Assembly: GCA_002839245.1 (NCBI GenBank)
Contig: PGXR01000004.1
Coordinates: 1-41,868, forward strand
Direction: 5' to 3'
Origin: Spirochaetae bacterium HGW-Spirochaetae-7
GTDB lineage: Bacteria; Spirochaetota; Spirochaetia; Treponematales; UBA12059
Length of the DNA: 41,868 nt
The position numbers were made by a program, and so were the translations under genes. The notes under the pieces are model-generated. The model had not been told where the DNA came from, did no database searches, and saw nothing but the letters and a program-made list of their open reading frames with translations. Shown here piece after piece: positions 34,167-41,868 of this stretch. How positions within the stretch are numbered: the first letter of the stretch is position 1; every line of letters begins with the position of its first letter.

Positions 34167-35170
34167 TTGGCCGCCTCCTTGTCCGCGGCGGAATCGGGCC
34201 GGGTCGGCGCTTCCGGCGTCGGCGCTGCCGAAACTTGCGCAGTTGCCGTCGATCGGGCGGCTTTTTTCCTGGCCGCGTCGGCGGCAATCCTGTCGTAGAG
34301 GCTCGCGAAGGTGTTGCCCAGGAGGAGCGCGAAGCTCGTGCCCTCGGGGAATAGGCTGAACGTCCGTATGACTATGATGACCGCTCCGATTGACAGCCCG
34401 TATGCCCACTGCGCCGCCGGCTTCTTGGGTGCCGAGACAGGGTCGGTGGCCATGAAAACGGCTACGAAGAGGAAGCTGCCTGCCAGGAGGCTCTCCGGCG
34501 GCAGGGCTTTGGCAAAACCGGCGAAAAACAGCGCTGCGGCCATGGCGGCGCCGCCAAGCAGTGTTGAGAGGATCAGCCTCCATTGCGCCGTCTTCGTTGC
34601 GACAAGATAGATGGCCGCGGCCGCTATAAGCACGACGCTCGACTCGCCTATCGAACCCGCCCTGTTGCCCAGGAGCAAGCCGAGCATCGGGACATCAACG
34701 CCGCCCCGCATCATGGCCAGCGGCGTGACGGCCGAGACCGCGTCGGGACGACCGAAGAGGCTCCCCGCGGCTGAGCCGAATCCGCCCGGCTGGAAGAACT
34801 TGGTGCCGAGCGTTCCGGCGAACGCGATATATACGAAGAGCCTGCCGGCGATTGCCGGATTGAACACGTTGCGCCCGAAGCCGCCGTAGACCTCTTTGGC
34901 CATGAAGACCGCGAAGGCGATGCCGATGGCGACTATCCACAACGGCACTGCGGGAGGCATCGAAAGGGCGAACAGGGTGCCTGTGACGAACACCGCTTCG
35001 CTGACCTTCCCGCCCTTTATCTTCTCGAAGCGGTACTCCACCAGGAATCCTGTGACCAGGCTGACTGCGAGCGTGGCAAGGACACGCGGGCCGTACAGCC
35101 ATACTGCCAGCGCTACGATCGGCGTCAGTGCGTACAATACGCGTCTCATCATGGGTTGCTTCTGGAACAC
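34163..35170 (-). CDS. nqrB: NqrB/RnfD-family membrane subunit (RnfD-sized)
   Basis: 335 aa. The GTG start has GGAGA 7 nt upstream. Motifs: FGRNVFNPA, DAVSAVTPL (FMN-Thr region), GSIGESS and FMATDPV. The C-terminal 45 aa or so form an Ala/Pro/Lys-rich tail. Confidence 0.88.
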   Translation of the reverse strand: MFQKQPMMRRVLYALTPIVALAVWLYGPRVLATLAVSLVTGFLVEYRFEKIKGGKVSEAVFVTGTLFALSMPPAVPLWIVAIGIAFAVFMAKEVYGGFGRNVFNPAIAGRLFVYIAFAGTLGTKFFQPGGFGSAAGSLFGRPDAVSAVTPLAMMRGGVDVPMLGLLLGNRAGSIGESSVVLIAAAAIYLVATKTAQWRLILSTLLGGAAMAAALFFAGFAKALPPESLLAGSFLFVAVFMATDPVSAPKKPAAQWAYGLSIGAVIIVIRTFSLFPEGTSFALLLGNTFASLYDRIAADAARKKAARSTATAQVSAAPTPEAPTRPDSAADKEAAK

Positions 35171-35301
35171 GTGGTATCTCCTTGCGATTGATCGCCTTTC
35201 CAGTATATGCCGTGTAGGCTTCGATCGCCAACAGCTTTGTCACTGTCCGACAAGGTATGGTATATTTCCGTGGCCATTCCGACCGATACCAGGAGGTCCC
35301 C

Positions 35302-36417
35302 ATGCTAGATCCACGCCTGGAACGGCTTGCCAAGATTCTCGTCACCTATTCGGTGGCAGTGAAACCGGGTGACAACGTCCTCGTACAGGATACCGGACTC
35401 GAGCCCGGTTTCGACCGGACTCTCGTCAAGGCGATCCATGCGGCCGGCGGACGCGCCTTCGTATCGCTTCGCGACAAGTCGCTCGACCGCGCGCTCCTCA
35501 AGGATGCCCCCGCAGAACAGGTTGAACTGCAGGCAAAATTTGAGCGGGACCGCATGAAGGAGATGGACTGTTTCATCGGCTACAACGCCTGGCGCAACCT
35601 TTCGGCGTGGTCCGACCTGTCAGGCCGCGAACTCGACCTGTACAACAGGAACATCTGGCAGAAAGTGCATATCGAGACCCGCCTGCCGGGAACGCGCTGG
35701 GTTGTGTTGCGCTTCCCCAGTCCCGCGATGGCGCAGATGGCGTCGATGAGCGAGGAAGCCTTCGAGGATTTCTTCTTCGACGTCTGCACGATGGACTATG
35801 CCCGCATGTCCAGGGCGATGGATCCGCTGGTCGATTACCTGGCCAGGACCGACAAGGTACGTATCATCGGACCGGGCACCGACCTGTCGTTCTCCATCAA
35901 GGGCTTGCCTCCAGTCAAATGCGACGGAACGATGAACATCCCCGACGGCGAGGTCTACACCGCTCCGGTCCGCGACTCGGTCAACGGCGTCATCAGCTAC
36001 AATACCCCCAGCGAGCACGACGGCTTCACGTTCGAGAACATCCGATTCGAGTTTCGCGATGGCAAGATCGTCAATGCGAGCTGCAACGACGACGAGCGTA
36101 TCGACCGTATTCTGGATACCGACGAAGGAGCACGCTATGTTGGCGAGTTCGCGTTCGGCGTCAATCCATACATCACCCGGGCCATGAAGGAGACGCTATT
36201 CGACGAGAAGATATCCGGATCGATACATTTCACGCCGGGCAACAGCTACGACGACTGCTTCAACGGCAACCGCTCGGCCGTCCACTGGGACCTGGTCCTG
36301 ATACAGACGCCCGAGACCGGCGGCGGCGAGATATGGCTCGACGGCCGCCTCGTCCGCAGGGATGGCTTGTTCGTCGTCCCGGAACTCGAGGGCTTGAATC
36401 CGGACAGGCTCAAGTAG
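35302..36417 (+). CDS. Aminopeptidase, M29 (AmpS/PepS) family
   Basis: I trimmed the track ORF to ATG 35302, which has AGGAGG at 35291-35296. Sequence: MLDPRLERLAKILVTYSV.VKPGD.VL...IPDGEVYTAP...EFAFG.NP...SIHFT.G. Confidence 0.85.
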   Translation: MLDPRLERLAKILVTYSVAVKPGDNVLVQDTGLEPGFDRTLVKAIHAAGGRAFVSLRDKSLDRALLKDAPAEQVELQAKFERDRMKEMDCFIGYNAWRNLSAWSDLSGRELDLYNRNIWQKVHIETRLPGTRWVVLRFPSPAMAQMASMSEEAFEDFFFDVCTMDYARMSRAMDPLVDYLARTDKVRIIGPGTDLSFSIKGLPPVKCDGTMNIPDGEVYTAPVRDSVNGVISYNTPSEHDGFTFENIRFEFRDGKIVNASCNDDERIDRILDTDEGARYVGEFAFGVNPYITRAMKETLFDEKISGSIHFTPGNSYDDCFNGNRSAVHWDLVLIQTPETGGGEIWLDGRLVRRDGLFVVPELEGLNPDRLK

Positions 36418-36468
36418 CGCGACCAAGGCGGCCAATACGCGGCACCGGTGGCTTGGAGTCGTCTTTTA

Positions 36469-36497
36469 TTGACAATGCGGGCGCGGATGCATAGGGT
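36469..36497 (+). promoter_or_regulatory. Possible sigma-70 promoter for the GGDEF gene
   Basis: TTGACA (36469-36474), a 17-nt spacer, then TAGGGT (36492-36497). The -10 element is weak. Confidence 0.3.
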
Positions 36498-36556
36498 TAT
36501 GGCATGGTGCGCATAGCCCTGAATATATTGAAAAAACGTAAAGGAAAGAATCATAA

Positions 36557-37651
36557 ATGAAAGTTGCACTTCCAGCCAGGTCAGCCGCCACCGTCAAGGC
36601 GTACGCGTCCATGTCCACCGGCACCATCAAGACCCTCGGCATGGTGTTCGTTGCGGCCGTGCTGATTGGCTTGCGAGCGTTGTCGCCGCAGGCAATCGCG
36701 ATAGACCGGTCTCTGTCCTTGCTCAGGATCCTGCTTCCCGTTCTGCTCGCCCTGGGTAGCCTGGCCTTCATGGTCAGATCGCTGCTTAACAGGGGGAAAA
36801 GGCATACCCTTGGCGCCTCGAGCCGTAGCCGCCGCATAGCGGCGGGTACCTACCTGTTCACGTTCGCGGTATGCGCGCTCGACGTGCTCGCCGGAGTCAC
36901 GCCGTACCTCCTGGTGCCGGGACTGGTCGTCTACGGATTCATGGTATGGGACAGGCCCGGTTTCCTCGTCCTCTCCGTGCTTACTTCCGTCGCGGCGATT
37001 TTCCAGATCGCGGTTCTCCGCGGCGAAGTCGTCACCATCGAATTTGCGAGCGTCCTGGCATTCGGCGCGATGCTGTCGATCTTCGGGGCGCGGGTGGTCA
37101 GGAACAGCGTCCTGCCAAGCGAGGAGCGTCTCAGGAACCTCGAAGCGGAGAACGAGGAGCTCTGGAGCCTGTCGTACAGGGATACCCTGACGGGGCTGTA
37201 CAACAGGCGCTACATCCAGCAGGTCGCTGTACACATGTTCTCGCGCGCCATCCGCTACAAGGAGCCGTTGCACGTGCTGATGCTCGATATCGACCACTTC
37301 AAGAAGGTGAACGACAAGCTCGGGCACGTGGTCGGCGACGAGGTGCTCAGCGTCGTCGCCCGGACCATCCAGAGGGCGATACGGACGAGCGATACGGTCG
37401 CCCGGTACGGCGGAGAGGAATTCATCGTCTACATGGTCAAGTCGAACCCCGAGATTACCCAGTTCATAGCGAACCGCATCAGGGATGGCGTCGCGGCCGT
37501 GCGCTTCCCCGGGGTTCCCTGGAGCGTCACGATAAGCATCGGCGTGGCCGGGCTGCAGGAAGGCGACAGCATCGAAAGCCTGGTCGAGCGGGCCGACCAG
37601 TACCTCTATATGTCGAAGCACCACGGCCGCAACCGCGTCTCCGGGTTCTGA
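36557..37651 (+). CDS. Membrane-bound diguanylate cyclase (GGDEF domain, GGEEF active site)
   Basis: 364 aa with about 5 N-terminal TM segments. Motifs: DTLTGLYNRRY, DIDHFKKVND..GH and RYGGEEFIV. Confidence 0.9.
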   Translation: MKVALPARSAATVKAYASMSTGTIKTLGMVFVAAVLIGLRALSPQAIAIDRSLSLLRILLPVLLALGSLAFMVRSLLNRGKRHTLGASSRSRRIAAGTYLFTFAVCALDVLAGVTPYLLVPGLVVYGFMVWDRPGFLVLSVLTSVAAIFQIAVLRGEVVTIEFASVLAFGAMLSIFGARVVRNSVLPSEERLRNLEAENEELWSLSYRDTLTGLYNRRYIQQVAVHMFSRAIRYKEPLHVLMLDIDHFKKVNDKLGHVVGDEVLSVVARTIQRAIRTSDTVARYGGEEFIVYMVKSNPEITQFIANRIRDGVAAVRFPGVPWSVTISIGVAGLQEGDSIESLVERADQYLYMSKHHGRNRVSGF

Positions 37652-37660
37652 CACCTTGGC

Positions 37661-40600
37661 TCAAGGATTCCGCAGCGCCCCGAGTTTCAGGAGTTCCGCC
37701 TTGGCGCGGTAGCTTTCGGGGTGGCGCGGATCTATAGCTACGGCGGCTTCGGTAAAGACCGCTTTCGTATAGTAGACCGAAAACCCCGACGCGTCGTAGA
37801 CGACGGGAGATCCGGCGGCAAGTTCGTAGTTCGCCACCAGGGTCGCGAAGGCTCCGTCGTTCGAGATTGCTCCCGGGACGCTCGGCCCGTGTTGGCCCAG
37901 GCCCGGTATCAGCACCGGGAGGCCGCTCCTGGCCGACAGCTCCTCCGCGACTGCCCTGAAACCCAGCCACAGGATGGCAAGCTCCCTGGAGCCCATGCCG
38001 CGTGTCAGCGAACGCAGTGGGTTGAACGCGAAAGCATACCAGAATTTGCCTATTCCCGCGCTCCTGGCCGGCCCCGCGGAGTAGACGAAGACGCACATGC
38101 CCCTGATGCGCCGTTCGTCCTCGTCCCACAACCTGCATATGATGGTGCCGGGCCTGAGTATCAGCTCCGGCTTGGCCGAAAGGCAGGTACCACCCATGTC
38201 GCCGTAGTACGCGTCGAGGAAGCTGCGCGACGTGACCATAGTCAGGTGCCTGCGAGGCACTTCTCCCGTCTCGAGCCTCGCCAGGAGGTCCCGCCACTTC
38301 GCCGTTTCCGCGGTAATGCGCGAGTAGGCTCCTGCGCGCCTCATGGCGGCGTCCATGGAGTCGATGGAAGCCACGCCGCCCTTGAGCCTGCTCGAGCCGC
38401 GGAGCGCGGCCGCCAGTTCCCCGTCGGCCCCGTCGAGCGCCTTGCCAAGCGCGGTATCGGAGGCGCAGGCGTGGCATAGCGCGTCGATGGCATCCGCGAC
38501 AAGCGCAGCCTGCTCGACGCCCATGAATCCCGGGGCCACGTCAGCGGCGAGCCTGGCTGCTACCTGCGAGAATGCAGGGTCCGATGCATAGCGTGCGGCG
38601 GCGCCGGCAAGCGCGTCGAAGGCGACCTCATCGCCTTGCTTGAAGAAGAACGCTGACAGGTGCATCGCAAGCGCGAAGCGCCTCGGGTCGCGTGACGCCG
38701 GCGGCACGTCCTTCATCGACTCGAAGGCGGCGTCCATAAGCGCGAGCCTCGAGCCAAGCGCCCGGATCGACCGCGCGTCGCCTGGGCCGCTTGCCGCCTC
38801 GCCCGTGGCGCCGACTGTGGCGCCGGCCTTTGCGTCGGCCTTGGCGTCGGAGAGCTTCCGCCTGGCCCGGGCCGCTTCCTTTCCGAGGGCCGCGAACACC
38901 GAGCCGCATTCGGGGTCGCCATCGCCGGAAACCAGGGCGCGCCAGGCGCCCTCGACGAGCGGCAATGCTATCCTCGCCCTGACGGCATCCTTGCCGGCGG
39001 CTTCGACATTTTTTCCCGCATCGACCGACGAGCCCAGTTCGAGGGCCATCGACAGCTTTACCGTACTGCCTGCGGAGGCTGCCCCCCAGCGCGAGTGCAG
39101 CGCTGCCAGGGTAGGCTCCTTGAGCGACTGGAACGAGAACCCCGTTCCCAGGCCGGGTATCAGGCTCCGTATGGCCAGCTCGTGGAAGCCCGGTCCCGGG
39201 CCGTCGAAGCGCCGTACCTGCTGCGCTCCCCATGCCCGGTCCGCGCCGGAAGCGATGTCTGTCGCCATTTCGTCGTAGAGCCGAGCAGAAGCTGGCATGG
39301 ACGATAAATAGGCCCGCCTTATGGTCGGCAGGTCGGGTGGCGTGCGATCCTTGCCCAGCAGAGGGTTGATATCGAGGCCGAGCGCCTCCGCCAGCGCTTC
39401 GGCGTCAAAAGAGCGTCGCTCGTACGCTGCCTGCGGCCTGGTGAACGGACAATCGGGATGCGCTCCGCCGTTGGCGGCGACGGCGGCGATGTAAGTCCCT
39501 CTTCCGGTAGACGGCAGCTTCGAGAAGTCGTCGAGGTGCCAGCGCGCCAGGGCCGCCCCTTCGTCGTGCCGCAAGGCGCGGACGAGCGCGGCCGCGTCGC
39601 CGAGGTACGCCGCGTCGGTGCCGAGGCTCAGGCTCGCAGCCCTGCCGAGTACGGCAGGGCCCGCATCCAGGCTGGACAGTTCGGCCGCGAGTTCCGCGTA
39701 ACCGCGCAACTCCATCGCCAGTGCGTAGGCGCCGGCCCCGGTGGCGGTCCTCTTCTCTATGCGGGCCTCGAAGGAGTCGGAGAGGCCGGAGGACTCGAGG
39801 AATGCCTGGGCCGCCGCCGGCGACATCGCCGACATGCGCCTGCCGAGCGTCCGCTCGAGGTCCGACAGCGAGCGCGCAATCGGCGCGAGCTGCTCGGGGT
39901 CGATGCGGCCGGATAGCCGGTACAGGCACGGCAGGACGGTGCGGCGCAGGAAGGCCAGGAATCCGGGACTCGAGAACGAGAAGCTCTTCCACGCTTGTGC
40001 CCATGCGACCAGGTGGGTTTCCTGCTCTGCGAAACGTTCCGAGGGGATACGGGCCAGCGGCCTGCCTACATACTTGCACAATGCGACGTCGGCGAGCACC
40101 GCGCTCGAGCCGAGGCGGTCGCCGTCCCAAGGCGGGGAGGCTCGCAGGTCGATGAGGATGTCGGCTATCGAGCCGAGCACCCAGGTATGCCGGGACTTCC
40201 AGCGCCGCCAGTCGTAATCCACCTCCATCCTCGGCATGACCACGTGGAGGGCGAATGCCGCGGGGGAGATTCCCGCGCGCGCAAGCCGTGTCAACACGAA
40301 ATGGACGCCGCGGTCCGCTCCGAGCGGCGCGTCTTCCTTGAACAGGATTTCCTTGAGCGGGGCTATGGCCAGTTCCGGGTCGAGCCAGTGCCGCTCACCC
40401 CGTGCGTACACCGCTTCGAGCAGCCTGAAGGCGCCTGACCGGGACTTGGGCGGCCGCGCCTCGTCGAGCTCGGCAGCGCCTATCAACGCCATCCTGTGCC
40501 TCGGCGCCTGGCGCGTGCCTATACGCTCCATTTCCCGGATTCTCGCTCGCAGGCCTTCGGACAGGCGGAGCGGAGCTTCCGGCGCGTCGGTGGGCAGGCT

Positions 40601-40684
40601 GTAGGTCTGGAGTGTGCCTTCTTCGGCTACCTCGTCGTCGACGAGGGCCGCGAACGGCGCCTCGCGCGATGGCTCCTGTTCCAT
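37661..40684 (-). CDS. Large hypothetical protein (1008 aa), no recognisable domain
   Basis: I trimmed the track ORF (to 40954) to ATG 40684 (MEQEPSREAPF...), because the upstream 270 nt overlap the EAL gene. GC3-rich coding composition is sustained over 3 kb. No TM segment or signal peptide is evident. Confidence 0.7.
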   Translation of the reverse strand: MEQEPSREAPFAALVDDEVAEEGTLQTYSLPTDAPEAPLRLSEGLRARIREMERIGTRQAPRHRMALIGAAELDEARPPKSRSGAFRLLEAVYARGERHWLDPELAIAPLKEILFKEDAPLGADRGVHFVLTRLARAGISPAAFALHVVMPRMEVDYDWRRWKSRHTWVLGSIADILIDLRASPPWDGDRLGSSAVLADVALCKYVGRPLARIPSERFAEQETHLVAWAQAWKSFSFSSPGFLAFLRRTVLPCLYRLSGRIDPEQLAPIARSLSDLERTLGRRMSAMSPAAAQAFLESSGLSDSFEARIEKRTATGAGAYALAMELRGYAELAAELSSLDAGPAVLGRAASLSLGTDAAYLGDAAALVRALRHDEGAALARWHLDDFSKLPSTGRGTYIAAVAANGGAHPDCPFTRPQAAYERRSFDAEALAEALGLDINPLLGKDRTPPDLPTIRRAYLSSMPASARLYDEMATDIASGADRAWGAQQVRRFDGPGPGFHELAIRSLIPGLGTGFSFQSLKEPTLAALHSRWGAASAGSTVKLSMALELGSSVDAGKNVEAAGKDAVRARIALPLVEGAWRALVSGDGDPECGSVFAALGKEAARARRKLSDAKADAKAGATVGATGEAASGPGDARSIRALGSRLALMDAAFESMKDVPPASRDPRRFALAMHLSAFFFKQGDEVAFDALAGAAARYASDPAFSQVAARLAADVAPGFMGVEQAALVADAIDALCHACASDTALGKALDGADGELAAALRGSSRLKGGVASIDSMDAAMRRAGAYSRITAETAKWRDLLARLETGEVPRRHLTMVTSRSFLDAYYGDMGGTCLSAKPELILRPGTIICRLWDEDERRIRGMCVFVYSAGPARSAGIGKFWYAFAFNPLRSLTRGMGSRELAILWLGFRAVAEELSARSGLPVLIPGLGQHGPSVPGAISNDGAFATLVANYELAAGSPVVYDASGFSVYYTKAVFTEAAVAIDPRHPESYRAKAELLKLGALRNP

Positions 40685-40757
40685 GGGCTCATGGTATCCC
40701 GGGCCGGGCGTCGAGTCAAACGTTCCTGGAAGGGGGGTGAAAGGAAACTGACGCCCG

Positions 40758-41868
40758 CTATCGCCGGAACAGGAACGACGAGTAGCGGGAACCGCCGCCG
40801 CGCGACAGGTAGCGTCCCTCGAGCTCGAGGGCGGGAAGCGCATGGCTGAAGAGAAATCCCTGGGCGTGGTCGCAATCGAGGGACTTGAGCAGGTAGAATT
40901 GCTCGGCCGTCTCCACGCCTTCGGCGACGACCGAGAGGCCCATCCGGTGGGCAAGCCCGATGATTCCGCTGACTATCTCCAGGGCCGCCCCCGAATTCTC
41001 GATGTCCTTGACGAATTCGCGGTCTATCTTGACTATGTCTATCGGCAGGTTCTTGAGGTACGACAGTGAAGCATACCCGGTGCCGAAATCGTCGACCGAC
41101 AGCGAAACGCCGAGCGTCTTGAGCCTCGCGAGTCCGAGCGCCGCGTCGTCCAGGCTCTCGAGCAGGACGCTTTCGGTAATCTCGACGATGAGCCTGTCCG
41201 GCGACAGCATCGTAGCCTCGAGCACCTCGGCGATCATGCCCGGGAACTCGGGGCGCTGGAGCTGGAGAGGCGAGACGTTGACCGAAACCTTGAGCAGGGA
41301 GCCGTCCACCCTTGACCATGCGCCGCCCTGCCTGCACGCGGCCCGCATCACGAGCTCGCCCAGCCTGATGATGAGGCCGGTTTCCTCTGCGAGCGGGATG
41401 AAGTTGTCGGGGGCGACGTCGCCGCGGACAGGATCGTTCCAGCGCACCAGGGCTTCGACGCTCTCGATCGCGCCGGTGGAGACCCGGACGACCGGCTGGT
41501 AGTGGACCGCCAGCAGGCCCGAGTCGATTGCCGCGCTCAGGTCGGCCTCCATCGAGGCGCGGCCGCGGCGGTCCTGGTACAGGCCTTCATGGAATTTGCA
41601 TATTCCGGCCCGGTTGTCGTCCTTGCATGCCTGTATGGCAAGGTCGGCCGCGGCCAGCAAGTCAGCCGCGCAGTCACCGTCCTTCGGCCATATGGAGACG
41701 CCCAGGCTCGCGCGTATCGGAAAGCGCTTTTCTTCTACGAGGATGGGCTGGTCGAAAGCCGACTTGACGCGGGCGGCCGCCTCGTCGGCCTCGTCGACGT
41801 TGCGGACCGGCATGAGGACGCTGAATTCATCGCCGGCGGTGCGTGCGCTGATGTCGCCGGCCCTGACC
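40758..41868 (-). CDS. GGDEF-EAL domain protein (5' end beyond the window)
   Basis: The reading frame stays open to the window edge: ...VRAGDISARTAGDEFSVLMPV shows a degenerate GGDEF signature (AGDEF). The EAL domain carries VEALVRW, EITES, DDFGTGYSSL-like DDFGTGYASLSYL, KIDREFV and QGFLFS. Confidence 0.88.
   Translation of the reverse strand, partial: VRAGDISARTAGDEFSVLMPVRNVDEADEAAARVKSAFDQPILVEEKRFPIRASLGVSIWPKDGDCAADLLAAADLAIQACKDDNRAGICKFHEGLYQDRRGRASMEADLSAAIDSGLLAVHYQPVVRVSTGAIESVEALVRWNDPVRGDVAPDNFIPLAEETGLIIRLGELVMRAACRQGGAWSRVDGSLLKVSVNVSPLQLQRPEFPGMIAEVLEATMLSPDRLIVEITESVLLESLDDAALGLARLKTLGVSLSVDDFGTGYASLSYLKNLPIDIVKIDREFVKDIENSGAALEIVSGIIGLAHRMGLSVVAEGVETAEQFYLLKSLDCDHAQGFLFSHALPALELEGRYLSRGGGSRYSSFLFRR

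Noticed and set aside
33672-34583. 303-aa track ORF treated as one protein
   Set aside because: The first 139 codons or so lie inside nqrB in another frame, and the last 30 codons or so are out-of-frame read-through. The real gene starts at 34166 and is frame-disrupted (see findings).
36441-36456. GGCACcggtgGCTTGG, considered as a second sigma-54 promoter
   Set aside because: The GG-to-GC spacing is two nt too short compared with TGGCAC-N5-TTGC.
36581-37654. 357-aa minus-strand ORF and 288-aa plus-strand ORF (36871..37737) overlapping the GGDEF gene
   Set aside because: They are antisense or off-frame to a gene with clear GGEEF and DxLT motifs.
40685-40954. N-terminal 90 codons of the 1097-aa track ORF
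   Set aside because: They overlap the 3' end of the EAL gene and are Ser/Arg/Pro-rich. The first ATG after the EAL stop (40684) is the more credible start.

Overview
High-GC (about 65%) bacterial chromosome segment, tightly packed with genes on both strands. The mix of an archaeal-type ProRS, many lipoproteins, sigma-54/NtrC signalling, c-di-GMP genes and an Rnf/Nqr-type pump suggests an anaerobic, possibly Spirochaetota-like organism. That taxonomic guess is inference only.

Gene content, left to right:
- A coxMSL-ordered xanthine-dehydrogenase-family molybdoenzyme on the minus strand. The large subunit is missing from the ORF track because it runs off the window.
- A translationally coupled five-gene signalling operon: CBS+HATPase protein, DRTGG protein, PHP phosphoesterase, 7TM hybrid histidine kinase, sigma-54 enhancer-binding response regulator.
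- A near-consensus sigma-54 promoter driving an ORF-less transcript of about 145 nt that ends at a strong intrinsic terminator. This is a candidate sRNA.
- A hemolysin-III/PAQR gene.
- A decayed group II intron whose maturase is reduced to its C-terminal 80 aa.
- A visibly lower-GC island encoding an LRR lipoprotein and a LuxR-type regulator.
- Secreted proteins and lipoproteins, then proS.
- A tRNA-Val(CAC) gene nested inside a second, split tRNA-Val-like copy and flanked by a perfect 16-bp inverted repeat.
- A MASE-type histidine kinase.
- A 1022-aa acidic/TPR membrane protein.
- A long minus-strand gene string: nqrB-(C)-D-E-F-like pump genes without nqrA/rnfC/rnfB and with a frame-disrupted nqrC, then five coupled accessory genes.
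- An M29 aminopeptidase.
- A c-di-GMP neighbourhood: a GGDEF protein, a 1008-aa orphan protein and a GGDEF-EAL protein.

No rRNA, CRISPR array or intact transposase/integrase was seen. Many long ORFs in the track are antisense or off-frame shadows typical of high-GC DNA and were rejected.
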